Shown: positions 35,273-46,700 of the stretch, one piece after another
How positions within the stretch are numbered: the first letter of the stretch is position 1
How the letters are laid out: each line of letters begins with the position of its first letter
Notes under the pieces: generated by a model
Told to the model about the DNA's origin: nothing
The model's database searches: none
The model's input: the letters and a program-made list of their open reading frames with translations, nothing else
DNA from: Octopus sinensis
Taxonomy: Eukaryota
Assembly: GCF_006345805.1 (NCBI RefSeq)
Contig: NC_043012.1
Location: 33,046,001 to 33,110,000, forward strand
Length of the DNA: 64,000 nt
Direction: 5' to 3'
Translations under genes and position numbers: made by a program

Positions 35273-37616
35273 TGTAAGTATATTGCAAAATCTGACCTCA
35301 CCAACAACCTTATTGCCTCTCTCCACAAACGTCTTTAGATCATAAATTGAGAGAACCACTTAAATACCTGAAAGATAAAACATGCCTGCCATATCTTAAA
35401 AAAAAAAAAACATCCATTGGACAGTCTTGGATATACATCAACAGATAGAATGCTGATGACTGGAACATCATGTTGTTGTTGAATAACTTCAACCAATCTC
35501 AAAATTCTTGTTGATTCATCTATAAAACTGAAATAAACCTGAGTCTAATCCATTCTAAATACCAGACTGTAATATTTCTACCTACTTTCTAATGGCTTAA
35601 ACTAAATTGCCCAATGATGGATGTCACACATTAGAAACAGTGAAGCAGAAAATATATTTCATGTTTAATTATTTCACTTAATTATGTGATGTAATTAGTT
35701 TCATCATCACTAAAGCAGGCATGTAAATATCCATCAATTTACGCTCTAGCTTGTATCTCGACATATATATATTCCAATCCTTTTCTGTTGTAAACATTAT
35801 AAAGGAATTTTAGATGGATGAATCAAGAAATATAGACTGTTAATACACCTTTATAATGAGAGACTCAGGACAACTTTAGATACATAAAGGTATAAAAAGT
35901 AATAGCAAACTACTTAAGACAATTTTAGTTTCCAAGTTTTATTTGAGAAATATAAAAAGAAAAAAAATGAAGATGTTCCACACTATTTAGTCCAGGCTAT
36001 TAAGAGTTGAAGAAAGTTCTATGGAAATAAAATATTAGCATTCTGGTGAAATATTGCTTAACATTATTGATGCTGCCTTCAGTTTGAGAGGGGCTCTTAA
36101 AAGATAACATTCTTTACCACGTATTTGTTATGGAATACTAACATTTTAGAAAATCTGAACAAAAACTAACAATTATACTGGTTTGATAGGAGGAGAGAGA
36201 GAAATATTTTTCAATTGAAATGTTTAAGTTATTTATCAGTTGCTTGTGAAATAACTTCCTGTCGATCTGCCTTAGCAACATAAAGATCAGCTTTGAAAAT
36301 GTATATAATTTAATGGAATTTTATTGAAATAATCTCTTGGAGATGGACGACACTAGAAGTTTAGGAAATTCTTTGCAAGCTTTGCCGAAGAAATACAGAA
36401 AGTGAAGATTTTCTACCAAGTCAAATATGTATTTACCAGCCTTAATCACTGTCTATTTTCACTTTTGGTATTTTAATTAAAACACCCTATCATTTTCTTA
36501 ATTTCATTTCAAGGAACCAATTCACAAGTTGCTAACACCTACGAAATAAAGACGTTGGAATCGATTTTGAAAAAAAAAACCCAAAGTATTTACTTTTCTT
36601 AAAAATAAAGTATTAAAAACTATCCTCGCAGTTGTCTTTAATTAATAAATTATGCAAAGGATTAGGGGAAAAAAACCCACGCAAATCCAGGCTCGGCCAA
36701 GAGTACATTAGATTAGTGAACAAAGGGAGATAAATTTATTACCTCCCTTAGATGCACGCTAATCCACAGACAAATGCTAACATTAAAAATTCTGAAAATC
36801 TAATTAGTAGCGTCTCATTTATTTAGTGTCAGAAAGAAGTGTAAAATTTAATGGCTGTAATTTGATCAGTCTTGTAGAGACATCTTACACAAGATATAGC
36901 TGTAAAAATGTATTAAAAGGAAGACTTATAAAAAGTTTTTACAACCACAAGAAATCAGTAAAATCTCAAGAAAAAAAAAACAAATCTTAAGAAGTGTCGC
37001 AGTTTTAAGGTAAATGTTTTGAAAAATACTGAAAATTGAATTGAGATAAATAGTTCAGGTTTGTTTTAGGTAAAAAGGTTGGAATCAAAATTACCATAAT
37101 TTTGCTTTTATCAAACACACGGATTGATGTTAATGTTTTACAATCCAGTGTTTTTCATTCTTTTTATGATGTGGTGTATGGGATTTTTTTGCTCTCGTAT
37201 TAAAGTTATACACAAATGCAAAAAAATTAACAATTTTTGAAAAACATGTAACCAAAGTTTTGGAAGTTAACTTTCAGGTATTTTGTTGGGAATTTTTTTT
37301 TTTTTTTTAATTTTCTTCTTTTTACCAATGAATATTCAAGTAACTTTTTTAACGATTCACCATACTACAGAAAGAAGTGTTTCATCATAGACAAATGTAC
37401 AAACAAATGAGAAAATTCAAGTTAGAAATCTTGTAAAGCAAATTGTGTTTTGGAATCCATAATCCTCTGAAAGTAAGAGATGTTCGTGTCAGGCAAACAT
37501 TAACAATGTGGAAAAAGTCCTCTCGATGTAATGGCTTTATTTTGTCCAGGAATGACACTAAAGACACTAAAAGATGTTTAATCCTCTGGGAGCCGTAACC
37601 TAGACTCACATCAACT

Positions 37617-37730
37617 TCAAGGAGGACTGAAGGAGCCACTTTTGTTAAACCGTGAAGGAATTTCACTTGATTCTTTAGAAGGTTCTGGTGCTTTCAAATT
37701 AATCCCCAAGCCTTTGTATATACTGAGAGC
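37617..37730 (-). CDS. STOML2: STOML2 last coding exon (ALSIYKGLG...SGSFSPP*)
   Basis: ttttag|; TGA at 37619-37617. Confidence 0.88.
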   Translation of the reverse strand, partial: ALSIYKGLGINLKAPEPSKESSEIPSRFNKSGSFSPP

Positions 37731-40700
37731 CTAAAAGAGAAACAGACACATGAACATCAATGTTTATATTTCAATTTTGCAAAATATCTTCGTCTATGTC
37801 ATGAATGGTCCTAAATAATATATTAGATCAATTACTATATAGCTTAATTTCTATAATATGAACCCCTTTTTGATACTGAAGCAAGTCATAATAAACCTTT
37901 ATTGGTGGTAATATGACGTGATGGTCATGTTGTCCGAATAGGTATAATTGTTAGTTTCCTATTGGTTAAAATTACAGCCCATATTTGAACTCTAAACTTT
38001 CATCAAAGAGAAATCTTTCGCAAAATATGGTTCTTAGAATTCAGGTATGAGCAGTTATAAAAACCCTGACTTTTGGTGATCATCGGTTGTCATTCTACTC
38101 CAAGACACTCACTCTCAGTGATCATTGGTTATGAATCGACCTCCACGACACTCTGTGTTCGTTGGTTGTCACTCATTTCCACGACACTCACTCTTTTGAG
38201 ATACTGGCAATTGTTATGCCATGTCCATTACTCAATTCAACAAGTCTATTTTGAATTGTTGTGTAAAACTCTAGTAGCTTAGTATGGAAGAATTAGTTAA
38301 TATAAATTTTATGTCATAATTCTCTACGACAGTTTTCTTTTGACTTATAAATGTACTGTAAATATTAAATGAAAGTAAATAAACTAATTTCGTAAATAAT
38401 TTCTTTCTTCATTGTCTTCAACCTGTTGATGAAATTTATTTCTGCAACTATGGAACTGCTATTATAGTGGTGAAAAAGAGTGAGCTTATTTTCTTCAACA
38501 TGCATTCTACGTTTCAGTGTCTTGGTGTTTATGCAGCCTGAGTTAAGATTTATGTATTGTGATAATACTTATAATTAAGTTATGTGATGGGTTCATCACT
38601 GTCGATTTCTCCTCAATAAACATCTATATTTATTATCTTTTCCAAGTCAAAAACATTTTAAACCAGACAAGCACATAAAGATATCTATATACACATACGA
38701 ACACATGCTAACAGCTCTGCCAGTTCACCGTTTTAGATGAGGATGGTAATGTTAACACCATGAAACTGAAGGAAGTATTATATTTAGGACAATAAGTTTT
38801 GTTAAATCTCTTCAAGCATTTCTTTGGCCACAGTTTAGAGTCTTTATGGGTCATTTCAGGTAATGTGATGGTGATGGTATCGTTATGCAAAATGACTGGT
38901 AGCCATGGCTGTGGAATCTTTGCAGTTCTGCAGCAATAGCAATGCTAGTTGTTATTCTAGAGTTAATTCAGAACCGACACAGACCAACCTTCACAATAAT
39001 CAATTGTAAAGCTGCAGGATACAAATTTTATTTAACTGTCAAATGTCAAGAAAGAAGTACAGCTGTTTGCAGTGGAGAAAAATCCAATTTCCTCACTAAT
39101 AATCCTTCTTCTCATTCCTCACCAATATTTACCTAATTTTAGCTAAGCTACAAGAAAGCAAAGAGCAATATTATAAAGTTATACCTGTGTCACCATGCCA
39201 GAGATATCATTAGTATTTGCTGGGACCACAACAGTATTGCCAGTCTTTGCAAGTTGAGAGAAAGCGTAGACATATTCTTCAGCTATTTTCATAGATACTG
39301 CATCAGAACCATGCTTTAAAAGAAAAGACAAAAATCAAAAGTAAGAGTCAAAACTATTGAAAAAGTTGCAAGTCACAATTAAAATTTTAGGAAAATAAAA
39401 ATAAGAAATAAGTGGAAATTATACCGGTGAAGGCACAAAAAGAAAATTACTCTCCCCAGACACAACAGAAGGTAAGAAACAATTTACTTAAAACAGGTGA
39501 GAATGCATTGTAATGAACTGGATGAAACCAGGCCATACTGCTACACTACGCACCATAATCAGAGGTTTCATAAAATATCGTTAGTTTCTATAGGTTACCT
39601 TCAGGTTATACTCAACAGAAATAAAAACTGATTGAAACAGCAAATCATCTAATTCTTAGGAACCACATCACATTTCTCCTCCTCCTCGTCGTCGTCATCA
39701 TCATCATCAGCCGCCACCGCCATCACCACCACCACCACTTAACATGGACTTGATGCTTTTTACACGCACCAACATCAGTAATTCTTAATTCATAGTGATA
39801 GGCAGTGGTATGGCTGTATGGTAAAAAATTGGCTTCCCAACATGACTCCAGACCCTATTCCAATGTGTGGTGCTACCTTGGGTTTTTTTTTACTATAGCC
39901 TAAGGGTGACCAAAGCCATGTGAGTGGATTTGGTGAACAGAAAATGAAAGCTCATTGTGTGTGTGTGTGTGAGTGTCTCTTTGCCATGACATCGCATAAT
40001 GGTTGATGTCAGCATTAACTCGTATCCAAATAATTAATCTGTAGTGAGTGATTGAGGCCTCTTCATCCTGATGGGTGCAAAGGGTTCTGGTACCTAAAGA
40101 GGCTGTTCAGGCCAAGGGTTGTATAGAAGAGCCAGGAGCATTGATTGCAGGAGAGGGTCGATGGGGGATGAGGAAGTGCGAGTTTATTCTTTGCATCGTT
40201 GACATCTGATCCCTGCCTCTTGGCAAATGTCACAGTCATGCAAGCAATGTCCTTTGTTCCTTATCTTCTGAGAAAACATGTCTGGTTATGGGGGAATATT
40301 ATCTTACTTGGCAGGTGAGGGTGGGTGACAGAAGGGTATCCCAATGGAGAAAATCTGCCTCAACATAAATTCTGTCCAACCCTTGTGGGCGTGGAAAAGT
40401 GAAAGTAAAAGCATTGACGATGATGATAACTGATTAAACGATTAAGATGCTTGCCTACTGAACCAGTATTCAAACATGCTGAAGTGAAAGTATGTTACAC
40501 CAGCCATTTCATGACTGATTTTGATGGCATTAAAACATGCGCCTAGTCACAGTACAGGGGTTTCTAAATAACTGTTTGGATTTGAAATACAATTTACATC
40601 ACCAATGAATAACAAATCTAATTAAAACAAAAAAGTACTTACGTTCTCTGCAATGGCATTTGCTATTAAGAGAATAGATTCAGACTTTGCTTTGGCTCGT

Positions 40701-43700
40701 TTCACAATGGCTTCAGCTTCACCTTAAAGAATAATGGGAAACTTTGAGAGGGGATAAAGAAGAAAATGGAAAAAAAAAAAAATGATTTCTGGTTTAATAT
40801 ATGGAGTAGTTTCATGTTTATATTTTCAAACAATCATGACTAATTAATCATCCTAAAAGGCATTCATTATCCATTGCAACGACCTCTCTCCTAACACTAG
40901 AATATAAATTATCCAATGCTTGTTGCTCTACATGTGCTCTGCTGTTTTATGCTCCACCTCATTCCTCAAATCTTTTCTTTTTCAAGATGTTTTCCACTTA
41001 CTATTTTCCATGCAGTGTAAGCTAGTAATTTACTGTTTCGGATACCTTAGTCTTAGAAACCAACCTCTTTAGAGTTAGCAGTACAACATAAGTTGCTGGT
41101 TCAGCCTGTTAGTATTTGACAATATGTAGTGGTATTAGATTAAAGCAGAGTCAAAATTAACAAGAAACACAGCAAGGCCTAAAAAGCACCATCCGTACGT
41201 GGTCGATGCCAGCGCCACCTTGACTAGCTTCTGTGCCGGTGGCATGTAAAAAGCACCAACCAATCGTGGCCGTTGCCAGCCTTCCCTGGCACGTAAAAAG
41301 CACCCACTACACTCACAGAGTGGTTGGCATTAGGAAGGGCATCCAGCTGTAGAAACACTGCCAGATCAGACTGGAGCCTGGTGCAGCCTCCTGGCCTCCC
41401 AGACCCCGGTCAAACCGTCCAACCCATGCTAGCATGGAAAACAGACAGTAAACGATGATGATGACAGCAAGACCTAAATTCCCGACTAATTTTACTTGAT
41501 GGCCCAAAGGAGAAGGAAGATAAAGGAAATACAAGTTGCTTACACAAACGTCAATATTTTATTGACACTTAGCGAAATACCAAACAAAATATTGAAGCTA
41601 TTCATCTAATTTAAGATTGACAGTATGAAATTTCAAGAGATTTGGCTGCAATTTCTAGTAAGTTGAGTGACCTCAGAGGAGTCCTCAAAGTACTACGCTG
41701 CAAAGTAGTTTCAATAAGTGCAGAAGATGAACCCCCTGTAGCACTCTGGCTGAGCCTAACTCTTGCCCCACCAGATTCTGTCGAAGGAGCTTCTGTATAG
41801 GTAGGTGGCTGAGCTGCAAGAACTAATAGCCAAATATCTCCTATCATACCTTACTACCTGGCAGCATGAGAGAAGTTGTCTCAAGATCAGTAGCTCTATG
41901 TATAACACCAAGTTGTTTAGCTGATTACCTGTGTGCCAAAGGTCAGTTCAATTAAAGTTAACCTACATTTACAAATCAACCATCAAATCATCAACAACTC
42001 CTCATTTTTGAGCCTTTAACCATTCAGTATTCAAACAAGCCATATCTGGCCCAAATATTCCACCTGTTTTATATTCAGACTGGCCATATCTGGACTCTCA
42101 CACCAACCCTACAATATCATTCTACAAATTAATAGCTACCTCATCAAAACTTCAAAGCTACCTGATAAAGTAAGATGAATTCATAACGTGTGAATAAAAA
42201 AGCATTACTTTTGGCAGAATAATGTGAATGCTACAGGGTGAATACTTTAAGCAACAATAATGGGACCAAAACAAATTCTTACCAGCAGCTTGATTTATCC
42301 GTTCTAGTTTGTTAGCTTCTGATGCCAAAATGATGGATTGTTTGTTACCTTCAGCTACATTAATATCAGCTTCACGGATACCTTGAAAAAAATTGATGTT
42401 TATGGTTAGATGAGTACAAATGCAAGAGAGGAAGAAAATACCAAAAGTAGGTACTGGGCAGTAACACTAGAGTCAGGGAAGTGGAAATACCTGAAAACAC
42501 TAGCAAGAAAGTCAATAACAAAAAAAAAAAATATTGGGAATATAATCTTTCCCATGACTTTTCAATTGGAAAGCATTTCATGGACAATGCTTAATTCCAG
42601 ATTTTGTAGTGTTGAATAGAATGATGAGAAATCCTAATATTGCCATCTTTCTATGACAATGTCCAATGTTTGTTCCCTGCAGCCAGGTGAAGGAAATGTC
42701 TTGCCCTTATACAACTGATAAGGACTGCTAAACCACTACATTATTATTTACCCATCCATTTCAACTTAATTTTCCTTTTTCATGTCTTAGAGAAAGAAAG
42801 GCAGCACCATGATCTTTTACAGTGTCTCTGTAACTAACGAGAAGAAATTCTCAGATTTGGCCTGGATGCTGGTAATAGAGAAATCTACTGAAACTACTCA
42901 TGAAAAGGCAGTGGTTTTAAACTGGACAAAATATTGAGTCTAATCCATAGACAATCAGTTTTCAATTTACTAAAAAGGCACCCACTACACTCTTAGAGTG
43001 GTTGGTATTAGGAAGGGGATCCAGCTGTAGAAACCATGCCAAATCAGATTGAAACCTGGTGCAGCTCCCCAGCTTTCAAACTGTCCAACCCATGCCAGCA
43101 TGGAAAACAGACGTCAAATGATGATGATGATGATACGTGTGTGTGTGTGCATGTTTTGCATATGTTTGACTTCACAAAGCCACAGTTAATCCTTTCGTTA
43201 CTGTATTTATTTTGAGATGCTCTGTGTTTCTTCCAATTATTTTAAATATAACAAAGAATTTAGTAAAATAACATCGTTATAATTAAGCTAGTTTTAGGAA
43301 CATAAATTGTGACTAAGGTTTGGTGGAAGATTTTAATTCAGAACTTTTGAAAACCAGACATTTGTACTAAAGAGCCAGAACCGGTTTCAGCCTGGTTGGT
43401 AACGAAAGGGTTAAGCTGCAGTGAAAGATTTTGTGCCTTGCAACAACATAATATCTGGCAGTTTGATATGAAATAAAAGAAAGTACATCTCTGTGAAAAC
43501 AAAGGACAGTATTAAGAAGAGCATCCAGCTATTGAATATCCAAATGATGCTAGCATGGAAGAAGGCTGAAATTTATGCCTTTCTTCAAATATGCCTGAAT
43601 AGAAATATTGAGTCATATTGGGAACTGCACATCAAAATGTGAAAGTTATGACATGTGTATATGATGAAATTTTCTAATACTTCTAATAAACAGCTGAATT

Positions 43701-46700
43701 AGAGGAATTCTGGTAAAATATGTTACAGAATTAATGAAATGAGTGTATAAGATTGCATAAGTTGCAGGTGTGGCTGTGTGGTAAAAAGATTGCTTCCCAA
43801 CCACATTGTTCTGGGTTCAGTCCCACAGTGTGACACCTTGGGCAAGTGTCTTCTATTATAGCTTTGGGCTGACCAAAGCCGTGTTAGCGGATTTGGTAGA
43901 TGGAAACTGAAAGAAGCCTGTCATATGTAAATGTGTGTGTGAGTGTCCACTGCCACTACTTGACAACTGGTACTGGTGTGTTTACGTCCCTTCAACTTAG
44001 CAGTTTTGGCAAAAGAATAAGTACTAGGCTTTAAGAGAAAATTACTGGACAATGCCCCAGCATGGTCGCAGTCTAATGGCCGAAACAAGTAAGAGATAAG
44101 AACCAAACCTTCTGATTCCAAAATGGCTGCTCGCTTTTTCCGTTCGGCTTCCACTTGCATTTGCATAGCTTCTTGTATACGTGCTGGTAATTTCATGTCC
44201 CCTGATAACACATAAAATATGTACAAAGGTTTTGGTAAATAGTTCTCTCATTTACATCACTGGGCAATAAAAAATAAGTCATTGGTTCTTTGTAACATTT
44301 TCAGAAACATGAGTAAATAAACAACAGAGGCAAATCAAATGAAGCTTATTACATATTGTAATTAGTCAACAATAAGGGTACTGGTTATAGATTATTTATA
44401 ATGAGCTGACCACTAGTTCATTGTACTTCTGATGGAAAATTTAACACAGGAATTTAGAATAAATATCACCAAAATAGACTTCACTCTTTGGTTTTCTTGT
44501 CAATGTCTACATTAATGAAAGATATATAGGCGCAGGAGTGGCTGTGTGGTAAGTAGCTTGCTTACCAACCACATGGTTCCGGGTTCAGTCCCACTGCATG
44601 GCATCTTGGGCAAGTGTCTTCTACTATAGCCTCGGGCTGACCAAAGCCTTGTGAGTGGATTTGGTAGACGGAAACTGAAAGAAGCCCGTCGTATATATGT
44701 ATATATATATCTATGTGTGTGTGTGTGTCTCTCTGTGTGGCACGCACTACACTCACAGAGTGGTTGGCGTTAGGAAGGGCATCTAGCTGTAGAAACACTG
44801 CCAGATCAGACTGGTGCCTGGTGCAGCCTCCTGGCTTCCCAGACCCCGGTCGAACTGTCCAGCCCATGCTAGCATGGAAAGCGGACGTTAAACCGTTGAT
44901 GATTCATCCAAGATAAGGTGTATTGGTTCATATGTTCAATTATTTCATCATCTTTTACTACATTTCCAGCTGCGATTAGACGGATCTTTAATGTTCCTGG
45001 AAATGAGTACAATATTATCAGTGAACTAAAGAAAGCTGACCAGAAGAGAATTAATGCATTCAAGCTTTGGTGTTGGAGAAGACTTTTACGGATTCCATGG
45101 ACAGCAAGGCTCACCAATGGAGAAGTTCTTAAGCAGATCAGGCCGAAAATGTCGCTAGAGGCTAGGATCACCAAGCATAGATTGGCATATTTCAGTCATA
45201 TTATGCGGAGAAAATCCCTGGAGGACGTCATACTCGGAATGGTCAGTGGCAAGAGAGGAAGAGGCCGACCAAGAACCCGCTGGCTTGACACCATCAAGAG
45301 TGATACCGGAATGGACATAGCCAATCTGAAAGAAGCGGCCCAGGATAGAACTGACTGGAGGACACTGATCCAACAAGTAACCGAGAGTCGACTTCGACTG
45401 AGCGGATAGATAGATAGATTATCAGTGAATTTGAAATGATTTAGTAGGCATCCATTTACATTTTTTCTGGGACAGTAAAGAAGATAAAAGCGAAGCAGGT
45501 ATAGGAATTTTTGTAAATAAGGACAACACACTTCAAATAAATGTTTAATTCTCCCACAGCATCATCCAATATAGAATAAATCACACCATAAATAAAATAA
45601 ATCACTTACTGATTTCGTATCTCAAGCAGTCAATACCCCAGGCCTCGGCTGCTTTATTGATAGCTTCTGAAAGAGAAAATATTTACTCAAATTTAATGGA
45701 CAGCATCTTTGTTTCACTACTTTCTAGCTCACAATTCGAAGGTAGAATTCATTACATTTAAATACCTTTATCGTGCCAGTGGCACATAAAAGGGCACCAT
45801 TCGAGTATGATCGTTACCAGCGTCGCCTTACTGGCACTTGTGCATGTGCTAGTAGGGTGCCAATCCGAGCGTGATCATTGCCAGAGCAGCCAATGGCTTC
45901 CGTACCCATAGCATGTAAAAGGGCAACATTCGAGCATGATCGTTACCAACGTCGCTTCACTGGCACCTGTAAAGATTTGAGCAAGGTCATTGCCAGTACC
46001 GCCTGACCGGCCCCCATGTCGGTGGCACGTAAAAAGCAACCACTACACTCTCAGAGTGGTTGGCGTTAGGAAGGGCATCCAGCTGTAGAAATTCTGCCAG
46101 ATCAAGATTGAGGCCTGCTGCAGCCATCTGGTTCGCCATCCCTCAGTCAAAATCGTCCAACCCATGCTAGCATGGAAAGTGGACGTTAAACGATGATGAT
46201 GATGATGAATACACACACATGGTTAAAGAGTCAAATGTGATGTATAATTTACATTGGTTTTAACAATAACTGACTGTTTTTAATTGATGCTTTAGAAAAA
46301 TGTGAATAAATGCAGAAGAGTGTAACTTCCTTTTTGTGGTAGGGAAGATGGAAGAGAAGAATGGGCACAATTTAGTGATGAGTGAAGGATTGCCAGTAAC
46401 TTGTAATAGGTTTTCTTATCAAGGATATGACAATTAGATCCAGCCTATTATTCTGATAATGTTTACAAGCATACTGTTGCGGGATAGCTGTGCTCTAAAG
46501 AGAGATGCTCACTTCTGAAAGTTGAAACTTGAAGTATAAATTACCAAGTGAAAATTCGAAAATTGTTATTTCTTAAAAAAATTAAGTCAAATGAAAATAG
46601 CAATAGTTGTGGCATTTGCAGTCTCTCCCACACAGGTGAGGGTAACATGTTGAAAGCTCAATTGAAGACAGAAGTCTATGGGGAAACTCATAGGAGGAAA

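Noticed and set aside
37385-37666. 93-aa ORF overlapping the STOML2 end (frameshift or readthrough extension)
   Set aside because: Different frame, non-ATG start, no motif; a second in-frame TGA follows the STOML2 stop after one codon.
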